Assembly: GCA_035570235.1 (NCBI GenBank)
Contig: DATMML010000037.1
Location: 46,977 to 110,976 of the forward strand
Source: Vicinamibacteria bacterium
GTDB lineage: Bacteria; Acidobacteriota; Vicinamibacteria; Fen-336
Direction: 5' to 3'
DNA length: 64,000 nt
In this document: positions 27,245-37,331 of the stretch, one piece after another
Position numbering within the stretch: the stretch's first letter is position 1
How the letters are laid out: each line of letters opens with the position of its first letter
Notes under the pieces: generated by a model
The model's database searches: none
Seen by the model: only the letters and a program-made list of their open reading frames with translations
Told to the model about the DNA's origin: nothing
Made by a program: the position numbers and the translations under genes

Positions 27245-28750
27245 TCAGTTCCAGTGGCGCCACTCCTCTTCGTAGTAGCGCACCAGGGCCTGGTTGTTCA
27301 GACGGTTCACCTCGGTGGGGACGGGTGCCATGTCGGGCCCCAAGATGAAGAGCGAGGCCAGCGTTTCGGGGTCGAGGTAGCGCAGGCCGGGGATGACCGC
27401 GCGGGGCGGGTCGAAAGGCCGGAGGGCGGCCAGAGCGTAGCCCCACTCGCCGAAGGAGGGGACGAGGGCGTGGTAGGGCCGCACGTGGAAGCCCGCGGCC
27501 TCCAGGGTCCGCGCGATGCACCAATACGACTTGCGGGCCATGAGGGGGGACGTGCTCTGCACGGCCAGCGCCCCCTCCGGGTCGAGGTGCCTGGCGACCA
27601 AGGCGTAGAAGCGGGTGGTGTAGAGCTTTCCCAGGGAAAAGCTGTGGGGATCGGGGAAGTCCGCGAAGGCGGCGTCGAAGAGGCCATGGCTGGTCTCCTC
27701 TCCCAGCCAGACGAGGGCGTCCTCGTTGACCACGTGCACCCGGGGATCCAGGAGCGATCCTCCGTTCAGCTCGCGCAGCATCGGGTTCTCCACCGCCAGG
27801 CGGGTCATCTCCGGGTCGAGATCAACCAGTTGAATTTCTTTCACGGAATCGTGCTTCAGGATCTCACGAACGGCGAGGCCGTCGCCTCCGCCCAGGACCA
27901 ATACCCGCTGGGCGCGGGGAACCAGGGCCAAGGCGGGATGCACCAGGGCCTCGTGGTAGCGGTACTCGTCCACGGATGAAAACTGCAGGTTCCCGTTGAG
28001 GAAGAGCTGGAAATGGTGCCGCGAGCGCGTGAGGACGATCCGCTGGTAGCGGGTGCTGCGGGCGAAAACGACCGTGTCCGCATAGAGCCCGTCTTCCGCG
28101 AGCTCCGTAAGATGGTCGCCGTAGGCGAATCCGGCCAGGAGGGCCAGGGTCACGGCCAGGCCCTTGATCCTGAGGTCGCGGACGGCGGGCAGCAAGGGAG
28201 CGAAGAGCCAGGTCGACCAGAGCCCCACCCCTGCGTTGGCCAGGCCCAAGAGGAGGGAGGTGCGCACGAGACCGAGCTGCGGCACGAGGAAGATGGGGAA
28301 CAAGAGCGAGGCCAAGAGGGCGCCCAGGTAGTCGAAGGTGAGAACCTTGGCCACCAATTCCTTGAAGTCGACGGTCTCGCGGAGGATCCGCAACACGAGC
28401 GGGATCTCGAGCCCCACCAGGGCCCCCACCAGGAGCACCACCCCATAGAGCACGGGTCGAAAGAAGTTGGGCAGGTGGGCGAAGGAGAGGAACAGAATCG
28501 GGGCCGAAGCCCCCCCCAGGAGCGCCACCGCCAGCTCGATCTCCACGAAGCGCCGAACGAGGCCCCGTTGGACGTAGCGGGACAGGTAGGAGCCCAGGCC
28601 CAGAGCCGAGAGGTAGACGCCGATGACGATGGAGAACTGGGTGACGGAGTCGCCCAGTACGTAGCTGGCCAGGGTCCCCGCCACCAGCTCGTAGACGAGC
28701 CCGCAGGCGGCCACCACAAGGACGGTCAAATAGACGAGGGGAGAGCGCAT
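27245..28750 (-). CDS. membrane-anchored spermidine-synthase-like aminopropyltransferase
   Basis: N-terminal ~7 TM helices plus a C-terminal SpeE-like domain (VLVLGGGDGLAVREILKH, D-x-D). Confidence 0.7.
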   Translation of the reverse strand: MRSPLVYLTVLVVAACGLVYELVAGTLASYVLGDSVTQFSIVIGVYLSALGLGSYLSRYVQRGLVRRFVEIELAVALLGGASAPILFLSFAHLPNFFRPVLYGVVLLVGALVGLEIPLVLRILRETVDFKELVAKVLTFDYLGALLASLLFPIFLVPQLGLVRTSLLLGLANAGVGLWSTWLFAPLLPAVRDLRIKGLAVTLALLAGFAYGDHLTELAEDGLYADTVVFARSTRYQRIVLTRSRHHFQLFLNGNLQFSSVDEYRYHEALVHPALALVPRAQRVLVLGGGDGLAVREILKHDSVKEIQLVDLDPEMTRLAVENPMLRELNGGSLLDPRVHVVNEDALVWLGEETSHGLFDAAFADFPDPHSFSLGKLYTTRFYALVARHLDPEGALAVQSTSPLMARKSYWCIARTLEAAGFHVRPYHALVPSFGEWGYALAALRPFDPPRAVIPGLRYLDPETLASLFILGPDMAPVPTEVNRLNNQALVRYYEEEWRHWN

Positions 28751-28776
28751 GGGGAGCGAGGTTCAGCGCCTCCCGC

Positions 28777-29004
28777 CTAGCCCCGGATGGCCGCGGAGAT
28801 GATCATCGAGAGCCCGAGGATGAACGCGCCCAGGATGATGCCGAGGCCGACGTTGTGATCCTCCGCGATCTCCTTGGTGAGCGAGAAAGGGAGGATCTTC
28901 TCGATGATCCAGAATGCCCCAAAAAGAACCAGGCAACCCAGCAGGGAGTAGAGCACCGAGTCCAAAACCGGCCGCGCATGGTTGGCGATCCATTGCTCGA
29001 TCAC
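28777..29004 (-). CDS. DUF350 small membrane protein
   Basis: 75 aa, two TM helices. Typical partner of membrane SpeE-like genes. Confidence 0.6.
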   Translation of the reverse strand: MIEQWIANHARPVLDSVLYSLLGCLVLFGAFWIIEKILPFSLTKEIAEDHNVGLGIILGAFILGLSMIISAAIRG

Positions 29005-29005
29005 T

Positions 29006-29173
29006 TCACTTTCCTCCTGTCCAGTAGTAGTAGGAACGGTAGCCGCCGGGGGACTGTCGCACGCTGGCGGGGACGAGCCCCCGGCGGGGAGAGCCGAAGT
29101 CCCAGCCCTTCCAGGTGGCGAGGCTATAGCCCCCGAGCACGATCACCGCGAACACGGTATACGCGAGCTTCAT
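29006..29173 (-). CDS. small membrane protein (about 55 aa)
   Basis: MKLAYTVFAVIVLGGYSLATWKGW... from an internal ATG of the 29006..29326 ORF. G-rich RBS upstream. Confidence 0.35.
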   Translation of the reverse strand: MKLAYTVFAVIVLGGYSLATWKGWDFGSPRRGLVPASVRQSPGGYRSYYYWTGGK

Positions 29174-29174
29174 G

Positions 29175-31097
29175 CTAGTCGTCTCCCCCTCCCCCCCTCG
29201 TAAACCAGGGATGGTCGCTGTCGCTCCACCGCTGCGACTCGAATCGGAAGTGCCGCCAGGCCAAGAAGAGGGGCCAAGCGGCGAGGGCCAGGAGGGCGAG
29301 GACGATCTGGTGGACGCGGGGGACATGGCTGCGCACGCTGACCTCGTAGCCCTGGGGCGGGCGACCCGCCTCCCATTGCGGGGCCAGGCGCATCACGTAG
29401 CGCCCCGCGGGCACCGCGGCCACGTAGGCAACCCCCTCCCTCCCCCCTTCCGACCAGGACCCATCGCTGTCCACGCCCGTGTAGTACGACACCTCAAGGT
29501 CGAACTCGTCCAGCCCTCCCGTCTCATCGTTGACGAGGGCCCCGTCCAGGTAGAGCCAGGAGTTGTTGACGGGGGCCCGGACCCGGACCTCCAAGTTGCC
29601 TTCGTCGGGGACCACGAAGGGATCGGTGAAGAGAGCTGCCTCCGGCGAGCCCGGCGCCGCAGTGCGGGGGATGCTCACCGACTCCTTGAGGAGAGGATGC
29701 CCGCCCGAAACTGTGAAGCCCAGGAAGAGAAGGACGGCTACGGCCAGGCCGAGAAGGAAGCGCGCATAAACGTGCCGGGCCTCGTGGAAGGGCGGCGGCT
29801 GGTGGGGCGCGATCCCCTGGGGCTCCGGAGGGCTCCCCGTGAGGCCGAACGCTTTCCAGATCGCCTCCCCCCCCGCGTACGTGCCCAGGCTCCAGTTGAG
29901 TTCCGTCCGGGTGCCCTCCCTGGAAAGCATGAGGGGAGGGCAGATGTAGTCCGCGGTGTCCGTCTCGTCTCCCCGCGCCACCGCCCAGTAGAACTCCCCC
30001 AGGACGTGGTCCACGCGGGCAGTGCCGCCCTGGAAGTGCCGGAAGGACTGACCCCGGTACTCCTTTCGCGACATACCGTTGATCACGTCCCCCGCGTTCA
30101 CGGGCTCCACGAATGACCAGTGGCCCTTGGCTTCCACCAGCCAGCGGAAGCCGTGGCGCGGCTCGTAGAGGAGGTACTCGTCCCAGGGGTAGCGCACTCC
30201 TTCCGCGGTGACGGAGCGCTGCATGAAGCCGATGACCGTCCATTCGATGCCCGCCCATCGGCCCGTCGATCCCAGGGGAACGAGAGGCGTCACCGGCGGG
30301 TGGGAAAGGGCCTCGAGCACGGCCAAGTCCCGGGTGGCGTCGAGCAGGGAGCCGCAGTAGGGACAGGCGATGCGCTGGGCCTGGTCGGGGGCGTGGATCT
30401 CCAGGGGACCACCGCATTTCGGGCAGGAGAGAGCCGCCACCGCGACTTTCGTCCGTCGCTCCTCGTCGCTCCGGGTCCGGGTGAGGCCCAAGTCCTCGAT
30501 GGCCACTTCCCGGCCCACGAACAGGGCTTCCGCGGTGGCGCCCGTGCCGTAGTCGAGGGTGCCGAACTGCCCGCCCGGCCCGGAGAGGTCGGCGTAGCGC
30601 AGCATGCTGCCCGGCGCCACGTCGAAGGGCAGCTCGCCCTCAGCCGTCACGAAGCGGGCTTCGCCGGCCTCGATCACCACGAACGTGCCCGGGGGGCCGA
30701 GATCCAGGGTCTGGCCCACCCGGAGGTCGCCAAAGTGGGGCGCGGGCGGCACCGGGACCCGTCCCAAGTAGTGGAACTTCCCCTGCGATTCCGAGAGCCA
30801 GGCCCAGGTGCCGTCGCGGAAGCCCAGGAGCCACTCGTCCCAGGCGCCCGTGCCATAGTCGAGTTGCAGCCGGCCCACGAGGTCGAAGCGCGGGGCGCCC
30901 TCGTACCCGCCCTCTTGGCCGAGGGCGAGCACGGAAGAGGTTGGGATCAGCTCCGCGACTTTGCCGTAGGCAGCCAGGTCCGCTCCCTTGCGAGCCACCG
31001 CCACTCCGCAGTGGTCACAGATCCGGAGCAGGGATGAACCTAGCCGGAAGACGAGGGGGCCTCCACAGGAGGGACACCGGCCCTCGTACCCGCTCAC
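29175..31097 (-). CDS. tandem DUF4178-domain protein with two Cx2C zinc ribbons
   Basis: CPSCGG...CDHCG and CPKCGG...CPYCG ribbons, each followed by a DUF4178-like region. GTG start overlaps the AdoMetDC stop (GTGA). Confidence 0.65.
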   Translation of the reverse strand: MSGYEGRCPSCGGPLVFRLGSSLLRICDHCGVAVARKGADLAAYGKVAELIPTSSVLALGQEGGYEGAPRFDLVGRLQLDYGTGAWDEWLLGFRDGTWAWLSESQGKFHYLGRVPVPPAPHFGDLRVGQTLDLGPPGTFVVIEAGEARFVTAEGELPFDVAPGSMLRYADLSGPGGQFGTLDYGTGATAEALFVGREVAIEDLGLTRTRSDEERRTKVAVAALSCPKCGGPLEIHAPDQAQRIACPYCGSLLDATRDLAVLEALSHPPVTPLVPLGSTGRWAGIEWTVIGFMQRSVTAEGVRYPWDEYLLYEPRHGFRWLVEAKGHWSFVEPVNAGDVINGMSRKEYRGQSFRHFQGGTARVDHVLGEFYWAVARGDETDTADYICPPLMLSREGTRTELNWSLGTYAGGEAIWKAFGLTGSPPEPQGIAPHQPPPFHEARHVYARFLLGLAVAVLLFLGFTVSGGHPLLKESVSIPRTAAPGSPEAALFTDPFVVPDEGNLEVRVRAPVNNSWLYLDGALVNDETGGLDEFDLEVSYYTGVDSDGSWSEGGREGVAYVAAVPAGRYVMRLAPQWEAGRPPQGYEVSVRSHVPRVHQIVLALLALAAWPLFLAWRHFRFESQRWSDSDHPWFTRGGGGDD

Positions 31098-31450
31098 ACC
31101 TCTCCCCGCGGGCAGGAGCGCACAAAGACCCGGCTCGCCTTTAGGACCTCGGTCAGGCGCTCTTCCCAAGGCCAGGGGTCGCGGGGACGACAGCAGTAGA
31201 GGTTGAACCCGGCAAAGCCCCGCTCCGGGAAGGTGTGGCACGCGAGGTGCGACTCCGTCAGGAGGAGAAGGCCGGTGACCCCGCCTCCATCCGGGAAGAC
31301 CCGCCACTGCGCGTCCCCCGCCGGGCGCAGCCCCAGATCCTGCACGATGCGATCAAAGATCCCGGCCAGGAGGTCGCGCGACCTTAGGGCAGCGGGCGCG
31401 CAGCCGTGCGCGTCCACCAGCCACTCCACGCCGAGGGGGACGGGCGTCAC
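31094..31450 (-). CDS. speH: pyruvoyl-dependent S-adenosylmethionine decarboxylase proenzyme (SpeH/SpeD small type)
   Basis: LLLLTESHLACHTFPE processing-site motif (serine becomes pyruvoyl). Confidence 0.8.
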   Translation of the reverse strand: MTPVPLGVEWLVDAHGCAPAALRSRDLLAGIFDRIVQDLGLRPAGDAQWRVFPDGGGVTGLLLLTESHLACHTFPERGFAGFNLYCCRPRDPWPWEERLTEVLKASRVFVRSCPRGEV

Positions 31451-31472
31451 ACTGAGGCCGGTGGACGGCGCT

Positions 31473-32528
31473 TCAGAGCTTCACCTCCGCGACCTTCCCG
31501 TCCTCGAAGATGACGGTGAGGTCGGCGTAGGTCCAGCGAGCCTTGTTGCCGAAGACCACCTCTCCCTGGGGGGCACCAAAGAGGCCGCGCACCTCGTCGA
31601 AGCTCATGCCGGGCTTGATCTCGCGGCGACCGCCGGCAGCCGCGGGCGCCGGGCCGGGCCCCGGACGCGCACCCGAGCCCGCCGCCCCCGCCATGGCCCC
31701 CGCGATCATCTGCGGCATCATCATCCCGATCCCCGCCCCCAGGCCGAGGCCGGCCGTGCTCCCTGTCTCCCCGGGGTTGTTGGCCGCCGCTTCCACCGCC
31801 CGCGCCGCCTTGAACGCCATGTACCGCTGCACGTCACCCACCGCGCCCATGCCCGCCCGCTCGTCGATCATCTTCTCGACCTCTTCGGGCGGGGTAATGG
31901 CCCCGATGAGGAAGTCCACCAGCTCCAGGCCGTACTTGCCAAAGTCATCCGCCACCCGGCCCTTGAGCGCTCCCGCCAACTCGTCGTAGTGGCGCGGCAG
32001 GTCCAAGATTGTCTTCAGGGTCTCTCCCAGGAGGTCGTTCAGGCGGGCCACGCAAATGTCACGGAGGAAGTCCTCGATGGCATCCGTCGAGTATTGGCCG
32101 CGGGTCCCCACGAGCTGGGCCAGGAAGATCCCAGGGTCGGCCACGCGCATGGAAAGGCGGCCGAAGGCGCGTAGACGCACCATCGACAACTCGGAGTCGC
32201 GGAAGGCGATGGGCTCCTTGGTCCCCCACTTCATGTCGGTGAAGGTCTGGCGGCTGATGAAGTAGACCTGGGCCTGGAAGGGGGAGGTGCCGCCGAAGGC
32301 TATCTTCAGGAGCCGGGTGAGGAGGGGTAGGTTCAAGGTGGTGAGGGTGTGACGTCCCGAGGCAAAGGTGTCCAGGGCCTTCCCATCCCGGAAGAAGGTC
32401 GCCCATTGGTTGTCCTGCACGATGAGCTGAGCGCCCAGCTTGATGTCCGCGGAGCCGGAGGGCGGCTCGCGATGGACGATCTCGCGGCCGGAGTCGTCGA
32501 AGTGCTGGATGACCTCGAGCAGCGCCAT
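31473..32528 (-). CDS. SPFH/Band-7 domain protein
   Basis: 351 aa SPFH-like fold, Gly/Ala-rich linker, small C-terminal beta domain. Confidence 0.7.
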   Translation of the reverse strand: MALLEVIQHFDDSGREIVHREPPSGSADIKLGAQLIVQDNQWATFFRDGKALDTFASGRHTLTTLNLPLLTRLLKIAFGGTSPFQAQVYFISRQTFTDMKWGTKEPIAFRDSELSMVRLRAFGRLSMRVADPGIFLAQLVGTRGQYSTDAIEDFLRDICVARLNDLLGETLKTILDLPRHYDELAGALKGRVADDFGKYGLELVDFLIGAITPPEEVEKMIDERAGMGAVGDVQRYMAFKAARAVEAAANNPGETGSTAGLGLGAGIGMMMPQMIAGAMAGAAGSGARPGPGPAPAAAGGRREIKPGMSFDEVRGLFGAPQGEVVFGNKARWTYADLTVIFEDGKVAEVKL

Positions 32529-32541
32529 TTGCCGTCCTCCC

Positions 32542-33048
32542 TTACTGGATGCCGCTCAGGATCGCCTCGCGATCGCCGAGGCGCGCGTCGAGGGCGTCGA
32601 GGGCGGCCAGGAAGGACTGGACCCCGGCCCCCCCCGCTGGGCTCCCCGCCGCTTGCACGGCCGAGCGGGCCGCATCCACCCCTCCCAGGAGGGAGAGGTC
32701 GAACGCATAGATCCGATCCAGCGCGGCCTCGTCTACCTTGACGGTGGCGAAGAAGCCGGCGTAGCCGCGATCCGCGTAGCGGATGCGGGCCACCACCTTG
32801 TCCAGCCGTTTGCGTGCGGTCTCGATGTCGTTGATGCCGTCGAGGGCGCCGGACCGGCTGGCCGCGAGGGCCAGCCCGTCGAGGATCTTTTTGGCCTCTT
32901 CCAGCCGTGCGGAGAGGTACTCCCTCTGTAGGCGATCGGCGTCGCGCCGCAGTTCCTTCTCCCGGTAGCCCTTGAAGCCCGGGATCTCGTTCGCGATCTG
33001 CTCAAGGGCGTTTTGTCCGCCCCGCGCCTTGTTGAGGATGGGCTCCAT
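32542..33048 (-). CDS. hypothetical protein (partner of SPFH protein)
   Basis: Coding-like, charged helical protein. Probable start at the second ATG (MEPILNK), preceded by a G-rich RBS. Confidence 0.4.
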   Translation of the reverse strand: MEPILNKARGGQNALEQIANEIPGFKGYREKELRRDADRLQREYLSARLEEAKKILDGLALAASRSGALDGINDIETARKRLDKVVARIRYADRGYAGFFATVKVDEAALDRIYAFDLSLLGGVDAARSAVQAAGSPAGGAGVQSFLAALDALDARLGDREAILSGIQ

Positions 33049-33245
33049 GTTCCCCCCGTTTTGCCACATCGTCGGATCACGCCACGTTCTTGCCGCCGCG
33101 CCTCACGCCGGGAACCAATGCCTTAGTTTATGCCAAGATCCGCCGACGGGGGCCCCCAGAGGGGGTCCTGTCTAAGGCGACCGCGCCCACGGGGCATCCA
33201 CCCAACAGACTCGAGTCCGCGAGGCATGCCGCGAGCAGTCTCCGT

Positions 33246-34154
33246 TCACTTCCCAATCGGCACATCCAGTTTGTCGCTCGCAAACGCAACCGGCCCCGCA
33301 TAGGACGCCCGAATCGAGTCTTGCACCGCCGCCTTCTGCCTCTCTACGTCTGGAGCAATATGGCTCAGGAGCACGCTCTTTACGCCGCTCTCGCGCGCGG
33401 CCTCGCCGATCTTCCTGGGCGGGGTGTGCAGATCGTACAGTTGTGAGGGCGAAGCCGGAGGGTCGAGCACGGCACAGTTGAAGATCAACAGGTCCGCGTT
33501 CTTCGCTAGTTGCACCAGATTCGGCAGCGCAGACGCGTCCATGTCTCCCGAGAAAACCACCGCCGCACTCCCGAGGGAAATCCGGTAGGCCACCGACGGA
33601 CAGTCGCCGTGATGGGTGGCGATTTCCTCCACCACCAAACCATCCTCATCCAGAATTGTCGTGCGCGGGGAATCGAGGCGGATGGCCAGATCGCGAACCG
33701 CAAACGATTCCCGCACGCCAAATGTCTTCTGATATGCAAACGCGCCGCCTTCTCCCACCAGCAAGCTTATGAATCGTGACGTCTTGGGGAAGAGTCCTGC
33801 CCCGTCGGGGCCGAACACCCGGTAGGAGATTGGGCCGTCACTGGTGAGCGCGCGCGCGTTGAAGAACGCGGCCAGGTCTCCGCTGTGATCGATATGCAGA
33901 TGTGTCAACAAGACCGTGTCGGCCTTGTCCAGCGCCAGGCCCAATTCGCCGATTCGCAAGAACGCTCCCGGCCCGGCATCCACCAGAATCCGCGGCCTTC
34001 CTCCCACCAAGACGATGTAACTGGACCCGGCCCGGCCGAACGCCCGTGGCCCGCCCGAGCCTAGCACCACAACTTCCAACCCAGATCTTGCAGGAGTGGC
34101 TAGCAGACAGGTCGGGAGCAAGGCGACCGTGGCCAGCGCCGTCAGTGTCTTCAT
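33246..34154 (-). CDS. MBL-fold metallo-hydrolase, secreted
   Basis: HLHIDHSGD motif. Signal peptide. Locally lower GC. Confidence 0.7.
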   Translation of the reverse strand: MKTLTALATVALLPTCLLATPARSGLEVVVLGSGGPRAFGRAGSSYIVLVGGRPRILVDAGPGAFLRIGELGLALDKADTVLLTHLHIDHSGDLAAFFNARALTSDGPISYRVFGPDGAGLFPKTSRFISLLVGEGGAFAYQKTFGVRESFAVRDLAIRLDSPRTTILDEDGLVVEEIATHHGDCPSVAYRISLGSAAVVFSGDMDASALPNLVQLAKNADLLIFNCAVLDPPASPSQLYDLHTPPRKIGEAARESGVKSVLLSHIAPDVERQKAAVQDSIRASYAGPVAFASDKLDVPIGK

Positions 34155-34404
34155 GGTCGTTCCTTCCGCCTTAGCAACCGGATGCCGCTTCAGTCAGGTT
34201 AGCACTCAGCGGTAGGGGTCTCACCCTGACCGGCAACGTAAGGATGGCCCCTCAACGTGATGGCGACATATGGAACCGGTTAGGGTCCGGAGGGGTGTCA
34301 GAAGCCTTTTCTCACCGGCTCCGGCGACTCCGCTCTCGCGAACTCCCGATTGAGTCGCGTCAGGAAACGGCCCCGCTACCCAAGCGGGCGCAGCGGAGCG
34401 CCGT

Positions 34405-36552
34405 TCATCGGAACTTGACCACCCGCAAGAGGTTGCTGTAGGTGTCGGTCCACAGCGGCAGCCGGCGGTCGGTGACGTCGAGGTCCTCCTCCGCTTCCCG
34501 GACCTCTGGGGGGCCCAAGTCCGCTTCCTCGCGCGCGAGCAGGATCCAATCCGAGGACCACACCGAGCTCCCGGACTCGTCGGAGTCCACGAGCGCGGCC
34601 CGGAGCCCGAGCGCCCCCGCCAGGCCGCGGACCACCGGCTTCAGGTCCAGGTACTTGTTCGAGACGTGAACGGCCAGCACTCCTCCCCCCGGCCGCAAGT
34701 GCGAGAGGTAGAGGGCGAAAGCCTCGCGCGTGATCAGGTGGACGGGTATGGAGTCGCTGCTGAAGGCGTCCAGGGCGAGGACGTCGAAGTTCTGGGGGGG
34801 CTCGCGCTCGAGGGAGAGGCGGGCGTCTCCGAGCACGGTCGTCACCTGCCCGGGAGCGTCCTGGAGGAAGGTAAAGACCGGATGGGGACCCGAGGACAGC
34901 CGCACGACCTCCGGGTTGATCTCGTAGATGCGGAAGGTGTCACCGGGTCGGGCGTAGGCGGCCAGCGTCCCCGTCCCCAGGCCGACCACCCCGACCCGCA
35001 AGGGCTGGCCCGCCTCGCGCCGGGCGTGGTGCTCGAGCATGAGACCTACCCCGCTCGTCGGCCCATAGTAAGTGGTGGGCTCGCGCCGGCGGGCGGGGGC
35101 AGTGAGCTGCATGCCGTGGGTGATTCGGCCGTGCCGGAGCCTCAGGGTCTCATCCTCCGTCCCCTGGTCCTCCCGTATCACGCGCAGCACGCCGAAGAAG
35201 TTCCGAACCACGACCTCGGAGTCGCTGACGGCATCCGCGGCCAGGCGCTCTAGGCTGACCCCCAGGGCTACGAGCGCGGAGGGAAGGATGAGTCGCAGCG
35301 TCCACACCCGCCAGCGAGCACCCTGGTGGAGCCAGGAGGAGCGGTCGAGGAGAACCACCACTGCCACCAGGGCGGGACCGGCGAAAAGCGCGCAGTGCAG
35401 CTCCCAGAAGGCCGGGAAGATCCTGGGGGCGACCAAGCCGGTCAAGATGCCCCCCGCCGCTCCCCCCGCCGCGACGGTCAGGTAGAACGACGTGAGGTGA
35501 CGGGCGGCAGGCTTGAGGCTCACCAGCTCGCCATGGCAGGCCATGCAGTAAGCCCAGAGCACAAAAGAGTAGATGCCGATCTGCTGGGGGACCTTCAGGC
35601 TGGTCCCCCGGGTGAGCGCCGCCACCGCCGCCCCCGCGGCCAGGGCCAGGAGCATTACCCAGAACCAGCGCCGGTAGAACCCCTCATACTCGAAACAGAG
35701 GATGAAGGAGAGCAGGTACAGGATGAGCGGCAACACCCATAGAAACGGGATCACGGCCACTTCCTGGCAGATCTGGTTCGTCACCGCCAGCAGCATGATG
35801 GAGGCGACCGCGGCCAGGAAGAACCAGAGGATTCGGCGGGAGACCGCCGGCCCTGCCTCGTCCCCTGGCGGTGGGGGGGTGGCACGCGGAGGGGATGGGG
35901 GCGGCAACCGGCCCACGAAAAGCGCGGTCGCGGCACAACCGGCCGCGAAGACGGCGAATCCGCCCCCCCACAGCCACCCCTGGGCACCCAGGGGGAAGAC
36001 CGGCTCGAGCAGGAACGGGTAGCTCAGGAGCCCGAGCAGCGAGCCCAGGTTGGAGAGCGCGTAGAGGCGGTAGGGGGAGCGGCCCGGCCAGGCCCGGGTG
36101 AACCAGCTCTGGAGGAGGGGCCCCGTCGCGGAGAGGACCAGATAGGGCAGGCCCACGCTGAGCGAGAGGAGGGTAAGGATTTTCGTCACCGGGGCCTCGC
36201 CGGGGCGCGGCTTCCACGCATCCCCGGGGGTGAGGGGAGAGGGCCAAGCGAGGGCGCGCCAAAGGAGCAGGCCCACGGTCAGGCCGAGCACGAGCAGGTG
36301 CACCGTCCGCTGGCCACGGAGGGGGAGCTTCTCCGAGAGCACGTGAGCGTAGAGGTAGCCCAGAAGCAGCCCCACCTGGAAGAAGAGCATGCAGGTAGTC
36401 CAGACCGCGGGGGCCCCCCCGAACCAGGGCAGGACCTCCTTGCCGAGGATGAACTGAACCTGGAAGAGCAGGAAGGCGCCGAGCCCGATGGCGGCGGCGA
36501 AGAGGTACCGGTCGCGGTGGGGGTGGGGGTGGGGTGCGGGGAGAGAGCTCAA
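34405..36552 (-). CDS. fused polytopic membrane domain plus spermidine-synthase-like domain protein
   Basis: 715 aa. About 12 TM helices, then an aminopropyltransferase-like domain ([15 protein letters not shown]). Confidence 0.65.
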   Translation of the reverse strand: MSSLPAPHPHPHRDRYLFAAAIGLGAFLLFQVQFILGKEVLPWFGGAPAVWTTCMLFFQVGLLLGYLYAHVLSEKLPLRGQRTVHLLVLGLTVGLLLWRALAWPSPLTPGDAWKPRPGEAPVTKILTLLSLSVGLPYLVLSATGPLLQSWFTRAWPGRSPYRLYALSNLGSLLGLLSYPFLLEPVFPLGAQGWLWGGGFAVFAAGCAATALFVGRLPPPSPPRATPPPPGDEAGPAVSRRILWFFLAAVASIMLLAVTNQICQEVAVIPFLWVLPLILYLLSFILCFEYEGFYRRWFWVMLLALAAGAAVAALTRGTSLKVPQQIGIYSFVLWAYCMACHGELVSLKPAARHLTSFYLTVAAGGAAGGILTGLVAPRIFPAFWELHCALFAGPALVAVVVLLDRSSWLHQGARWRVWTLRLILPSALVALGVSLERLAADAVSDSEVVVRNFFGVLRVIREDQGTEDETLRLRHGRITHGMQLTAPARRREPTTYYGPTSGVGLMLEHHARREAGQPLRVGVVGLGTGTLAAYARPGDTFRIYEINPEVVRLSSGPHPVFTFLQDAPGQVTTVLGDARLSLEREPPQNFDVLALDAFSSDSIPVHLITREAFALYLSHLRPGGGVLAVHVSNKYLDLKPVVRGLAGALGLRAALVDSDESGSSVWSSDWILLAREEADLGPPEVREAEEDLDVTDRRLPLWTDTYSNLLRVVKFR

Positions 36553-36635
36553 GCCGCGGGTATTCTACGCCCGCATCGCGTTTGCGGGTCGGGGAGCCGG
36601 AGGCTAGACTTTCCCGTCCCCACAGGCGACACCCC

Positions 36636-37322
36636 GTGACGGCGATTATCCACCTCGACCGCGTGAGCAAGGAGTACATCGAGGGCGGGAAGAGCCGCCC
36701 CGTTCTGCGCGAGGCGAGCGCCGCGTTTAAGGAAGGGGAATTCGTGGCCATCCGGGGGCGGAGCGGGAGCGGCAAGAGCACCCTGCTGAACCTGCTGGCT
36801 GGGATCGACCTCCCCACGTCGGGCGACGTCCTGATAGACGGAACGTGCCTGAACCGGCTCGCCCCGCGCGACCGCACGCTCTTCCGCCGCGACCACCTGG
36901 GCTTCGTCTTCCAATTCTTCAACCTCATCCCCACCCTGACCGTCCTAGAGAACGTCCAGCTTCCCGCCGAACTGGCGGGGGTACCGCCCCGGGAAGCGGT
37001 CCGGCGAGGGCTCGCGCTCCTCGAGGAGGTGGGGCTCGCGGAGCGGGGACACGATTTCCCCGATCGGCTCTCCGGGGGCGAGCAGCAGCGTGTGGCCATC
37101 GCCCGCGCAATCGTCCAAAACCCGCGCCTGGTCCTGGCCGATGAGCCGACCGGAAACCTGGACGATGCGACCGGCCAAGTCGTGCTCGATCTGCTCGACC
37201 GCGTCACGCGCCGGGCAGGCAAGACCCTGATCCTCGCCACGCACAGCCCGCAAGTGGCGGCCCGCGCCGACCGCGCCTTTGCCATCGAGGACGGCCTTCT
37301 CGTACCTCTGTCCCCCGGCTGA
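36636..37322 (+). CDS. ABC transporter ATP-binding protein (MacB/LolD-like)
   Basis: Walker [10 protein letters not shown], signature LSGGEQQR, Walker [16 protein letters not shown] start. Confidence 0.85.
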   Translation: MTAIIHLDRVSKEYIEGGKSRPVLREASAAFKEGEFVAIRGRSGSGKSTLLNLLAGIDLPTSGDVLIDGTCLNRLAPRDRTLFRRDHLGFVFQFFNLIPTLTVLENVQLPAELAGVPPREAVRRGLALLEEVGLAERGHDFPDRLSGGEQQRVAIARAIVQNPRLVLADEPTGNLDDATGQVVLDLLDRVTRRAGKTLILATHSPQVAARADRAFAIEDGLLVPLSPG

Positions 37323-37331
37323 GCGGGCAGC

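Noticed and set aside
29006-29326. 106-aa ORF with a Pro/Ser/Gly-rich N-terminal half
   Set aside because: Only the C-terminal 55 codons from the internal ATG look like a real small membrane protein. The N-terminal half overlaps the DUF4178 gene end and is compositionally shadow-frame-like.
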